A DNA stretch of 64,000 nt from Macrostomum lignano (Eukaryota). Of this stretch, positions 25,121-37,633 are shown one piece after another. The DNA is taken from positions 186,001 to 250,000 of the forward strand of contig NIVC01000251.1 of assembly GCA_002269645.1 (NCBI GenBank), in the 5' to 3' direction. Within the stretch, counting starts at the first letter, position 1. The number at the start of each line of letters is the position of its first letter. The position numbers were made by a program, and so were the translations under genes. The notes under the pieces are model-generated. The model had not been told where the DNA came from. It saw nothing but the letters and a program-made list of their open reading frames with translations, and ran no database searches.

Positions 25121-27228
25121 GGCTCCTTGGTCTCCACCGACCCAGACCTATCCTCTTCGCGTTTCGTCCCGGGCGGTTCCTGGGCCCCTTCCCGAATGTT
25201 TGCTTCGGCGTGAGCTATGCTGGGTGAATGGGCGAAGTGAAAATTAAAAATATACGCTGCATAAGTGAATTTGAATGTTATATCTTGGAAAAATAAGATC
25301 CTGTCGCTTAGTTTCTGGTGAGCAAGGATGTGATGACTGAGAGTGAATGTCGCGTTAGGAAGATTCAAAGTTGGCATTGCAGAAGAGAAATAATATTAAA
25401 TCTTTCATGCGAACGTTATTTCGAGATAAGTAATAATTTTTGGAGCAAGTCAAGTGTTTAATGAGGCGATTAAACTGAGAATTAGCGAAGGCAAAAGGCC
25501 GAGTCGAATCATACTACTGACTGTAGTAATATGCGTGGAAAACAAAATTTGGTTTGCGTGCAATTATATAAATGATGGAGATTGAGGAGCAATGAGCGAA
25601 AAAAATTTGAAATTCCTATCTGAAATCAACTCTAGTGTTCAAAATTTATCTGCCTCCTTTTTTGAAATTTCTTTTATTAAATATCAAGTTGCTTTATATC
25701 TGTTTAACACATGCAAGGCGAGTGAGTGGAATGGAATTATCCCTTGAAGATTACCCCGGGGAGCGGGGAGGACTCTGGGTGTTCACCTGGTACAGTACGG
25801 TTGAGAGGGTAATCACCTGTATCAGTCGAGACTTACCTGTTTGGTGGCTGGGAGAATTCACGACGACTCAGCGAGGGCGAGAGCAAGTAATTCCAAGGTT
25901 GGTCACGGCTACTGGAGCTGGTGCGTGCAGCGACTGATATCGGCTGGGTGCTCGGGAGGATGGGGTTGCGAATCCTCAGATTATCCCCCCTTGAGCCTCA
26001 GCTGACCAGCCAGCGCCGTTGTCCAGTTCGACTAAGTGAGGATGTCGCCAACCTGTGGGCTCGCCATTCGCTGGAGGGGTCAGTGTCTCGCCGACCCATG
26101 CGTTCGAACCTTGGCACGCTAGGCTAGCCGAGCGGGAGGGTGGATTGACTGAGAGGATGTACAACGCATCTCTCGTGTCTCCCCTCGATCCCCCGCTGAC
26201 TCGAGCCAGAAGCCACTTTCGCGCGAGGTGTGTCGTGCATCAACACCAGGTAGACTCAGACCGATAAGCAGTAGTTGCGTCATATCTAACGTGCGCAGAA
26301 CTCAACTTGCATGAACAGGAATTCACTATTAGGGATTTTTTATCAGTTATTGCGATGTACTTCGAAGTAGCTCGTATTGTCTTTTTACTAGTGTCATATG
26401 AATCTAGCCAACTCGTGTCGTTTTCACACCTTTCCTTGAATTGGTTTGGTGCCCCCTTTTAGGCTCCCATCTTTCTTCACACTTTCCTTTCCCCTTTCCC
26501 TCTTCTTTGCTCTCGCTTTGGGAATTCATTTCTCTTGGGTCTTTGACCTTCAATGTTGATTATTCAAATTTATTGTGTTAATCTTCTAGTCTCTAAGCTT
26601 AGTTTACTATTTTCCTTCGCGATTCTGTTGCTATGTGACATTTTTGGGCTCGTACTCCGAGCGAGCAAATGCGCTGTTCTAATCTTTTAAAAGCTGCACC
26701 TTTTTTGCTCCTTTATAATGAGCTGATCTGCGATCAACTCACAAATAGGGGGGGGGGGGGGGCATATGATGAGGACGCACCTTTTTCAATTTTAGAACGG
26801 CACATTTTGCTTCGATACGCTTTTCCCCTACTGTCAGTAGGCTAGCTTAGGAATTTCTCTCCATTCTCTCATCTAGGCTAAGTTCTATACTAATTTATGC
26901 CTTTACTATTAATTTTCTTAGGAATTCAATGTACTTCGCGTAGGATCCTAATTTTGGATTGTTTACGCACCTTTGAAGGTCAGACTGTCTGGGTTCGCTT
27001 AGGGTTCTAGGACACTAAGTCTGAAAGAAGTGTTTCCCGTGATTTATGGCCGTCTAGCTGTCACTTTTGGCGCCAGCCTGTCTGGGTCAAAGAGGTCCTT
27101 CCAGCTTTCTCCACACTCACTCTGTTACTTTCTCCTTTGATTTTTGGGCGTTTTGCTGTCACTTTTGGCGCCAGAATGTCTAGAAAAGGGGCTTTTATTG
27201 CGTTTTGCTCATGATTTATGACCGCACC

Positions 27229-28042
27229 TGTCAACTCCCCGGGGTCCGAAGGCCACCTGGTGGGGTGGGTTTTGGGGTCTTGACCTCAGCCATCAGAGTC
27301 GACCTAACTGCCTCCGGCTCAGCCAATCAGAAAATTCGGCGCCTATTTTAACAAAAGCTCTCAGCCAATCAGAAAATTCGGCGTGCATTATAACAAATCG
27401 GCCGCGCGAGAGCTATAAAAGGCGGCAACTTAAGCCGCGCTCGAAAAGGCTCTCGCCCGCTCCCGGCACCTTCTCCGAGCGGGACACCACTCTTTTCTCC
27501 TTGTTGCTTTCCCGACCCCTCGGGTGTTTCCGGACTTGCTGGTATCTTGTTCGGCTTCAGCAGCTAAGTTTTCCCTCGGGAGGCTTCACCAGTAATTTCC
27601 GGCCGCGAATCAAGAGCAGCAACGACCATCGTGAGAAGTGGAGAAGTGAAGAGCAGCGGCATCACCCGTCAGCTAAGATCAGCAGCAGCATCCCGCCTGA
27701 GCGCTTCGGTCTCTGTGGATTCCTTGGCTACCTGCAAATAGGTCCTCTGATTGGTTTGGTGAGAGGCTTTCTTGACCTGCTTAACTGGGTGCACCCTTTG
27801 TCTGACCCCTTCCTATGTAGTCTAATAGGATTTGCACTTTTGCTTACTTGTTTTTGTGTGCCAATCGCGAGGCAGATGTGTCAATTAATATTAAAAGTAG
27901 CCATTTGCTCTAACTCATCTAGAGTGCTTAGGATTGCGTATTAAGTGAGAAAGTTAAATCTGGATGTTAAAGACTCAGTGTTTTCTTTCTTTTTCGCAAT
28001 GCCAGCTGAGATGAGTGGCTAAATCTAGAGGCAGGGGTCACA
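27229..28042 (+). mobile_element. LTR-like unit (TGTCA...GGGGTCACA) downstream of Gypsy pol
   Basis: Two CTCAGCCAATCAGAAAATTCGGCG boxes and CTATAAAA; homologous to 182-934 in the opposite orientation. Confidence 0.65.
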
Positions 28043-30554
28043 GTGGACCGGAAGCGGCACAGTTCCCAGTCAATCAGTCGATCTAAAAAACAATCATGAA
28101 AAGTATGCAAATGAAGTGCCAGACTGGCGCTTTGGCGCACTCCCAGGCTGCTAAGCGGCTAAATTAAGTTAAATATTAGTCTAAAGGTCTCCAAAAGTAA
28201 CAATGCAACTACATCATCGCTATCTGTCGACGTGTTAACACATTTAGTGCCATAAGAGTGCAGTTACGTGTACTTATACATGTACTTCTGGGAATTTGGT
28301 AATGAAATAGTACTTTCATTAGCGGATAAAGGCTCGCCAGCGCAAGAATCTCCTGCAGAAGTCCTCTAGCTCTGTCCCTGCATGGCCAATACGATCTTAG
28401 TCCCAGCAGCGTCAGTTCCGTTCGGCTATGACTTCGAGATTTAGACAGCTAAAAGACACTAGAGGCAGGTAAGTGCAGTGCCCCTCTAGTCGGAAGTCCG
28501 ATTTCGTTAGCTCCGGTTTGGTGAGCCGGGGCGCACGGACTGGTTAGCTAATTTCTACCTTTCAAATTCTCCCTGCTTGTATCTCACTGTCGACTCTTCT
28601 CTTAGCTATAGGACCTTGCTGCTCGCCCACAATCTAGCTACCATGGGGCTGACCATCTGACAGGAGTGAGAGGCCAGAGCTCTCAGTGATTCATTTCTGA
28701 GTTCTGAGGCCCGAAGCCACAGGCTTTTTGAAGGCCGAACCCATCATTCCTTAAAATGCTTGTGAAAGTTAATAAATGTGAAATAATGGCCGCATAAGTA
28801 AGTGTGTTAAAATGGTCGGAAAATGTTGTTAAATTAATTGGACATGGGTGGGGCTACCTCTTGACATTTTTTAATTTTGTAATTTTTCTTTGCATGGGCA
28901 TTTTTTGTGAATCCCTTTCTCGGACATTGTAACCAGTGGAAGGACCTGTAAGTGGGCAACGAGAAAATCCCTTTTCTCGTTTTCCCTAAGTCCGGCCCAT
29001 TGTTTTTGAGGCTGCCCCCTAGAATTAACGAACATTTCTTGGAAAGGACTTTGAAAACGCACAAAGGATAAATGATGGATAAAACAAACTGTTAAAAGGG
29101 AAAGCTAATATGCATTGAATAATACCGTTGTAAATGAGGAATGGCTAAAATTATACATTATAGGCGATTGCAAATAAGATCATATGCAGTTATGATGCTG
29201 AATATAACTTATGCCATGGATTAGTTATCAGTAGATAGCAGTGAGACAATGAAATTTTCACTCCATTATGCAAATGTGCCAATTGTGTTTTAAATTTTAC
29301 ATTTACATTTCTTGGCTGTGTGTAGTGTGGCGTACAGTGTGGCATACACGACTGGCGTGCAAATTAATATGAAGAATTTTTCGTGCATTTTTTTGTGTTA
29401 AGCTATTTCAAAAACAATTTTTCTGCTACTATTTTCTCATTTACCAATCATTTTAATTACCGGAATCGTCACGACAATCGTCATGTCGTTATCAATGAAT
29501 TGTAATTTAAATTTATAAACTGAATTAAACAAATTTAAAATACAACCTACTTTTTGTGGCTAAATCATAATAAACTTGCAATAGGCCAGTAGCACATAGT
29601 TTTTGTTGGCGCACATTGAGAAAGTTTGCGTACAATTAAGATTTGTTGGCGTACAATTGAAAATTCAATGAAAATTTGTCCAGCGTAAGACCCTTGGAAG
29701 CTTGGAAGCATATTAGCTTATATGCATACTAACATTTGCCGCCATGCTGCTTTAACGCCAGGTTGTACATCGCTTCTATATCGCTTCTTAGCGAGCACCG
29801 TACGCAAGCAACAAAGACCCTCTAGGGTCTCTCATACATGTACGCAAACCAAAAGGAGAAAAGGAAAGGAAGGAAGGAACAGCAAGCAAGCAATGGGTGA
29901 CGCATCGCGATAATGAACATTCCTACCCCACTTCCCCCAACCCCCTCTCACACAACACGAATTATTTATCATCACAACGATTTAAACCGAATTTAAACCG
30001 AATTTAAACCGATTTAACGAATTTAAACCGAAAACAACAAAGGAAAAACAGATTTTTTGAACACGTCGTTTTAAAACAAAAATGCAATTATCGGATGTTA
30101 AAGACTGTTGTAATTTTGAGAGCAATAATAGTTAAAAACTAAATTGAATTAATTTTTTAAGTTAGCGAAAAAAATTATTAAATTCAATGCATAATAAAAA
30201 CTAATCAAATGCAATCAATTTACTAAGTACGTATGCTTGGAGTAAAATTTATTGTACACGACGGCTTACCAAAATTCACGTCACACAAAAGTTTTGAAAT
30301 GAATTTACGAGACCTTTAATAATAATAGGCCTTTCACATTTTTACCTGTCGTCTGACACTACATGCAAACTTGCATCATAGCACAAGATCGTGAGATACG
30401 TGTTTAAAGCTAGCAAAAACCGATTCGCGTATAAAGCATTATAAAAATAAACTTGTCATCGTTAATACAGTACAAGTTGAATATAATACAGAAAAATAAT
30501 AATTGCTATTCACTGGACTCATTTAACTGCTTTCTTGACTCAAATCACTGACAG

Positions 30555-30700
30555 ATGCACAAATCCCTGACCCAGTTATCAAATCACTGACCCAGTTATC
30601 AAATATCATGACCCAATTATCAAATCACTGACCCAGTTATCAAATCAGTGACCCAGTTACCAAATCCCATGACCCAGTTATCAAATCCCTGACCCAGAGG
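30555..30700. repeat. About 20-bp tandem repeat TGACCCAGTTATCAAATCAC
   Basis: About 6-7 visible copies. Confidence 0.85.
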
Positions 30701-33700
30701 TCCAACCTGTTATAATACTTTAGCCTCAGAGGGGTGGGCAAGGGGAAACCAAATTGGGCCCCCGACTCTCAGAGTTCCAAGGAAGTTTTAACAGAAAGGA
30801 AGCATTTGCCCCAATACTAGGGCAAAAACCTAGTTTCTAGTGTGATAGTCCAACACAGCAGGTTTCTAGTGTGATAGTCCAATACAGCAGATGCTGCTGC
30901 AAGGAAGGAGTTGCCCAACAGAGGCCGGCCTTGTGCCGGGGTCACTGGCAATCAAAAACATAACTGGCATGGTCTTACTGCCTAGGATGACTGTCAGCTT
31001 TGATTGACCCATAATCTCCAGTGTATTTGTGATGACATTGCACCAGTATATTTACACTACAGTATATGGTACATTTGCATACTAACATGTGCCGCCATGT
31101 TGTTTCGCCGCTAGGTTTTACATAGCTAAGCGCCATGCTATATATAATAGCATGGTTCTGATAGAAACATTTTCCGCCATGATGTTTCCAATTATACGCG
31201 ATATGCTGTTTCTGATAAAAGTGTGCTATGCTGTTTCTGATAACAGCGGCATGCTCTAAGGAATACCATGGTACATGCATACTAACCATGGTCATGCATT
31301 AAACAGCATGCATTACTAACATTCGTCGCCATGCTGTTTCTGATAATGTCAGAAAATGTAAGTATGCAGATGTACCATGGTTTTCCTGAGAGCATGGCGC
31401 TGTTAATCAGATACAGTATGGCACTGTTATCAGCAATAGCATGGCGGCACATATAGGATGCATATGTACCATGGTAGTCCTTAAAGTATGGCACTGTTAT
31501 CTATGAGGTAAAAATAATAAACGCGGGGAATGACGATCAATGGGGCGAAGGTGTTTGCTAGATCACAAGCATGTCTACATGCTTTTTGCAAGCACGACAC
31601 TGACATGCTCCAACGAACAACCACCCCACAAAAAAGCTTGAAAAACGTTTTAACACTTATTAATTGTTATTTTATTTGTAATTTTGACCTCGCCTGGACT
31701 AAAAACCCTAGGCGGGTTAGGGTAACCCTAACTAAAAAAGAAAAAAATAAACAAAATTAAATGAAAAAAATAACATAAATCCTTGGCCCAGCTGACTCGT
31801 CAATATGACTGCCAAACACGGTGAGCAGTCGCGGATTCACCCGGCAGACAATATTGGTCCTGCCTTGCATCCGCCGCTGTCCACTTGTTGTTACTTCTGA
31901 AATGTTGGTTTACTAAAAGATTACATTCTGTAACATAATATATGATTAGAGCTACACAGCAGCGCGTTGAAAGGCGCGGGTAAAGATCCTCTCCGCGAAG
32001 TAGAAATCCTCTCCGTGAAACTGGACTCAATCGAAATTTCTCCGTCAAACAGAGCCCAGCTCTCAGAATTAATTGGTTAGGGTTACGGTTAGGGTTAGAG
32101 CTACAAAGCAGCGTGTTTTGAAGGCGCTGGTAAGGAAATTGAACCAATTCAATTAATTAGATGCGCAACCGATTTTACAGTCAGTCAGTATCAGTCTCAG
32201 CTAAAGTTATTAAGTTATTTATACTGTGATATAACTGAGCTTTTGGTTGCCCGGATCTGGGTCTAAAGATCTTGGAATCCCACCGCTATCACCAGTGTTA
32301 TACTTTAGTTGTTGGGGTGGTTCGGCAGGTTTTGATATCCCACCGCTATCACCAGTGTAGTGCTTGGCTTTCTGGTTTCTGTGGCGGGGTGGACTGCTAT
32401 TACCCGAAGCAACCTTGCTGAGGATACTTATGGGGGCTGAGACTGGGGAGAAATCTAAGGTCAAGGGTAGTGCTGCCACCAGCGTGGAAACCGTAGGATC
32501 CGCAATGAAGGGATCTGTTTGGGCTCCACGCAAATAAATAACGCTAGAACAACTAGTCTCAGATATTTCAATGTCCAAGTGACAGGACTCAATGGTAGCA
32601 AATGGCCTGAGCGGCGCAGTCCTGGCACTGACAAATGTCCGCGCTTGAGCGTGTCTGAGTTTAGCTCTCAGAGGACCCCTAACTCCTATAACCTAATAGC
32701 TACGAATCTCGCAGATGGGCGGCGAGGAGTAGGTCTATGCGCCTGAAGCAGCAATAGACTCACGCTAACTAAGCTCTCAGCTATTTCTTAGAATCGAGCA
32801 CGAGTGCTGCGACTGCACACTCACTCTCACTCTTATTCGCGCCTGTGTCGCAAAATAGACTAAAGCAGAATGGCTTCAGCCAACTGATTTCCTGCCAAAT
32901 AGGGTAGGCTGGAAAACCAGAGCTATAGCGCTAGCAATGCTCTACCAAGACCTGCTCGGGAGCGTGCTTTCTGCTTGAGCGCCGCAATGCTCTACCAAGA
33001 CCTGCTCAGGAGCTTGCAGCTGCTTCTAGCGATGCTCTGCTCTACCAAGACCTGCTCAGGAGCTTTGCTTCGCTGTTAACCGGCGCTAGAGCGCTAGACT
33101 TGGAGAAAGCTCTCGACAAGTCCTCACGAGGCGGTTCTGAGGAAAAATTCAGACAGACGGGCCTGCATTCGTTAATATAGAACGCGGAGGGTGGAGCGTT
33201 TGGGCATTCCGTGGCTTGACCATGGAACTGCAGCCGAAAAGTGCGGATAATGATGCACAACAGATATTGATTAAACATGGGGGAAAGAGTAGCTTGTACG
33301 AAGCGCCGACAGTCGCCTCAAGCCACTAGTGGCAATAGCATGCCAAATTTGGGCTTGTGCGCACAAGGCTGCACGTGAGGGAGGGTTCAGCTCGGGACAC
33401 GGGGTCCGCGAAACCCTCAGTCTAAAAATAGAATGACGCATGGGGAGAGGCTCGGACGCAGGAGGAACGAGAGAGCAGAAGGGGGAAGGGTCCAGAGAGC
33501 GCACGGGGGAGGAGTGCGGCTAACTAGACTTGCGTACACTGAGCGATTGCCCGTGTGGCCATCTGATCAGGTTTTTCGCCCGGTAGGCGATCGGGATTTT
33601 TGCCCGGTTTGTAATACATTTTTTCCTATCTAAAAACCCGAAAATCCTCGGGAAAGTGGTCTCGAAAACGGACGAAGACGGCAGTTTCGTCTGGTTGTTC

Positions 33701-33843
33701 GTCAGGAATTTCGTAGAGGACATCAGGTATTTTCTCGGGTTTCTCTTCGGCTACTCAAACTGATGAGTACCCTGAATAAAACCCGACAAATGACCGGATG
33801 AAAGTGCAATAGCAGAACCCGGCAAATAACCGGGGCAAAATCT

Positions 33844-34132
33844 GACTAAAACCTAACGAAAGCGACACGACGACCCAACCGGACGAATATCCGGAGCAAA
33901 ATCAGACTAAAACCTAACGAAAGCGACACGACGACCCAACCGGACGAATACCCGGAGCAAAAACAGACTAAAACCTAACGAAAGCGACACGACGACCCAA
34001 CCGGACGAATATCCGGAGCAAAATCAGACTAAAACCTAACGAAAGCGACACGACGACCCAACCGGAAGAATATCTGGAGCAAAATCAGACTAAAACCTAA
34101 CGAAAGCGACACGACGATCAAACCGGACGAAA
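33844..34132. repeat. 61-bp subterminal tandem repeat, about 5 copies
   Basis: GACTAAAACCTAACGAAAGCGACACGACGACCCAACCGGACGAATATCCGGAGCAAAATCA starting at 33844, 33905, 33966, 34027, 34088. Confidence 0.95.
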
Positions 34133-34429
34133 AACCCTGCATCCCTATCGAGTTGTGTCTACTCTCGGAAATATGTAGTGCCGACTTAGTAAAACATCTA
34201 CAGTGCGCTTCTGTCAACGGATACCGTGAAGAGTAAAGAAGTAAGACAATTGTCAGTTAGTGTTAATACAAAATATGTAACGTTCCATCTTGCAATTCAT
34301 CAAACTGTTCCAAATCACCTACAAGATCAATATACTCCTCTGTTTTTTTTATTCCAAAGATGTTGTAGAATACAGTCAGTAGGCGCATAGTCGCTAGTCA
34401 TCTAGGCGCATAAATGCGGGAATTTAAAA

Positions 34430-36287
34430 TCACTTCTGACTGGCCAAAAGTATGTTCAGAAAGTCGCCGCAGCTGACTGTGCCGTCCATGGCGCTCTGAT
34501 CGTCGTCCCCCTCCAGATGCCGCATTTCGACCCCTCTGGCATTTCCGGCGTCATCGCCGTCATTGGCGTCAGATGCAGCTGTTGTATTCGAGAGGGTTGG
34601 CTGACAGACTTCGCGGCTCCGAGCAGAGTCAGCGGAGTCTATAATGACGACTGTTGTGGCCTTCGGCTTTGGCGGTTTCGGCTGCTTCCGCTGGGGGGGG
34701 GGGGGAAGGGCGGAGCGCGTTGGGAGTTCCAGTCTCTGCCGCGCAGTCGCAGTGCATTGCGTGAACGCCTGACTTAGACTGTCGGCAGTGCACTGCACCC
34801 CGGCGTTCGCGAGCCACACACGTACTGCAGCCAATTTTCCCGGGTTTGCGGGTGAAGATTTGGCCTGACCGGGCGCCTTGCGCCCGGACAGTGTGCAGCA
34901 GGCGAACTCCCTGTCCGTGAAGACGGCACGCAGGGCAGCTCGGAGAAGCAGTAAGTTTTGCGTCCTCGCCATCCTGTTTGGCTGGCACTTTTTTGTAGGC
35001 TTCTAGCCGATCTTCCGCATCGTGCCGCTTATTCAAAGCTACCTTAACGAAGCCCTGCTGCTCAGAGAATGGCACAAGAGAAGCAGCTGTTAGGTCAACG
35101 TTCGGCGTGGCGGCGTCGCAGGCATCTTTCAGAGCGCTCGTCTGCGCTGCGGACAAGCTCTGCGTTACAGTGAAGGACATGGCGTCCTGCCTGGAATCGC
35201 TGGCGTCGCCGTCATCACCGTCATTGGTGTCACATGCAGCTTTTGTACTCGAGCGGGCCGGCTGAGAGACTTCGCGATCGCGGGCATTCTGGGAAAGCAG
35301 CTCTGACCCCTGAATAAGCAGCGAGTTGCACTGCTGCATGCTGCTGACCAGCAGCACGTTACGATGCTGCTCGTCCTCCAGTTGGCGTAAAAGCGTCCGC
35401 TCCATACGATTCGCGACACGAAGCTGCTCCGTTAATAGTCGGACGCTTTCTCGCTGATTCGTTTCTTCAACTATGCTGTGCTGTAACTGGCTCCCTAGAA
35501 AAGTATGCGGTGGTTCAAACAAAAAAGGCACTATACCCGACCTGAAAGTGCAGAAGTAACGACCAACAATTGATGGCACTCACGCAGGGTGTCTATAAGC
35601 GACGACTGTCGCTCGTTCTCTATAGCAAACGTCCGGCAGGATGCACAGGCACGTGGAAGTTCCGATGGCTGAGCGTGTACGTTTCCTAGGACCGCTGTGC
35701 CGGTCGCGATGCTTCTGGAAGCGAACGGCCCACGTACTAGTGTCCCGAGCCATTTTTTCGCGGCCTTCCTGTTCGCCTTAGCGACGACAATTAAGTCTTC
35801 GCTGCCGACATCGACGTTACTCGGGGACTCGCGTTTGAGTCCAACAATGTCATCGCGCGTGCTGACAACTTCTGTTTTTTCGAAATAGTTGGAGTACTTA
35901 AAAATAAACAATCGCGGTACCGCTTCACGTTCGTAGGGCACCATGTCATGCTGTATGAAAACGTCATCCCGTTGGGTGCCCTCTGCGACAGCAGACGAAG
36001 AAGGGCCCGAAGTCTGTGCAGCAGACATGGTGTCAATATCTTCGATGGCTGACAATAGCGGATCCTGCAGTCGACGTGATTTCTCGGCAGTACGACCGAG
36101 AAATTGACTCAGCACCAACATCGTCATCGTCATCAGTCACAGCTTTGCGCTTCTTTCCACCGGACTTACTCGACGGCGCCTTTGTTGGAGCTGATTTGGA
36201 GGTCGGCTTCGACTTCGACTTTGAAGTGGACGTGGAATTTGATTTCGACTTGCCGACTACGGCAGTAGTCTTCTTTCCTGTGCCCAT
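34430..36287 (-). CDS. Spliced accessory gene of the EnSpm element: Lys/Ser-rich N-terminus, coiled coil, C-terminal BEN-like domain
   Basis: ORFs 36033-36287, 35531-36133, 34629-35579, 34430-34972 with GT-AG candidates between them; LLRAALRAVFTDREFACCTLSGRK...NPGKLAAVRVWL matches the BEN pattern. Exact exon structure unresolved. Confidence 0.6.
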
Positions 36288-36519
36288 TAGGATTAGAGCA
36301 GCTGAAAAAGGTGAGTTTTTGTGTCAATACTGTGTTCTGTGTTCACATGGGTGAAATGTAATTGTACTCGTACGTTACTTTAACTAGGCCTGGACTCAAG
36401 AGTAACAATTAAGGCTGTCGGTTTCCTCCTCAGTCAAAAAGTCCGTACAAATTGTGCCGGCAACAAGGCCTTGTGTATTTATCAGCATATGCTGGTATAC
36501 ATACAAACGTGCATGTCTA

Positions 36520-36665
36520 ACGTCCATCATCTCAATGTCATCATCATCTCAATGTCATCATCATCTCAATGTCGTCATCATCTCAATGTCATCATCATCT
36601 CAATGTCGTCATCATCTCAATGTCGTCATCATCTCAATGTCGTCATCATCTCAATGTCATCAATC
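36520..36665. repeat. Simple repeat ATCTCAATGTC(A/G)TCATC
   Basis: About 8 copies, between the CtIP-like ORF and the BEN gene. Confidence 0.9.
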
Positions 36666-36704
36666 CATCAATGGAGGCAGTCTCCAGTCCATCAATCGCA
36701 GTAG

Positions 36705-37157
36705 TCACTCGTATTCAGTGCGGGGTCTCGGTGACAGACCCCAAAGCGGCCTTCGACGCCGCTTCCTCACTTTCAATTGATCCAACGGTACGGAAGGTGG
36801 TGATGGCGGCATTTCAATCGCAAAGAAGTTTGGCGCTTGCACGATCCGCCTGTGTCGGTGGCGGCCGTGCAGCGCTAAGCGGCGTGCTCGGCTAGTCGGC
36901 GACAGCTCCGCGTACCATGAGGCGCAGTCCGGGCAAGTTTGCGCAGGTAGTAGGCGTCGCTCGTCCCAACGCCTCGGCTCAAATGACGGTGGAGCAGCCG
37001 GTGGTAGCCGGTTGTAGTCCTCCCACGTATACTTGGACTCAGCAGTGGCTCGCGCGCAGGTCGACGTTGGTGGCGGGCCGGGAGAGTGACCACCGATTGT
37101 GGTGTCGCTGCCGTCATCGGAGTCGACGTTGGCACGGGCATCCCCGTCAGCGATCAT
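36705..37157 (-). CDS. 150-aa protein with CtIP/Ctp1/Sae2-like C-terminal domain (CxxC plus RHR), transposon-borne
   Basis: ERRLLPAQTCPDCASWYAELSPTSRARRLALHGRHRHRRIVQAPNFFAIEMP aligns by eye with the CtIP signature ERRKLLGHTCKECEIYY...[30 protein letters not shown]; uninterrupted ORF with basic NLS-like KVRKRRRRP. Confidence 0.75.
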   Translation of the reverse strand: MIADGDARANVDSDDGSDTTIGGHSPGPPPTSTCARATAESKYTWEDYNRLPPAAPPSFEPRRWDERRLLPAQTCPDCASWYAELSPTSRARRLALHGRHRHRRIVQAPNFFAIEMPPSPPSVPLDQLKVRKRRRRPLWGLSPRPRTEYE

Positions 37158-37633
37158 TCGGTCGAAAAGTTTTGGCCAGTCAATTATGGGGCGATCCGAC
37201 AGGATTTAAATTCAATGGGGTCAGTCTGAAAATGGTTTTGACCACCTATAAGAATATTCTTATTCTTATGCATATGAACACAACAAAAAATAAAGTGAAT
37301 ATAGTATACAGAAGTAACACGTAAATAAGCTACATATGACTCATAAAGCATCTCATCCAGATGCTTCTGGAAACCGGACTCAATTTTTTGGTTTAATTGC
37401 ATCTACTATTACGTGCATATATACACATTTTTACAAAATCGCTAACAATTAGAATGACTACTACAGTTTGTTAAAAAATATAATAGAAATTTGATTATTT
37501 TTTTGCCAATCGTAAAGTAAGGAAAAAACGAAAGGAAAATACGTTTTATGCTGGCAATCGGTTATCCTAGCCTGTCAATCAGTTATCCCAGCCTGTCAAT
37601 CAGTTATCCCATTGCCACGGACGCCAGCAGACT

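Noticed and set aside
31705-32100. TTAGGG-like motifs as a telomere or fusion site
   Set aside because: Only 2-3 degenerate units at two spots; more likely part of a small non-autonomous element.
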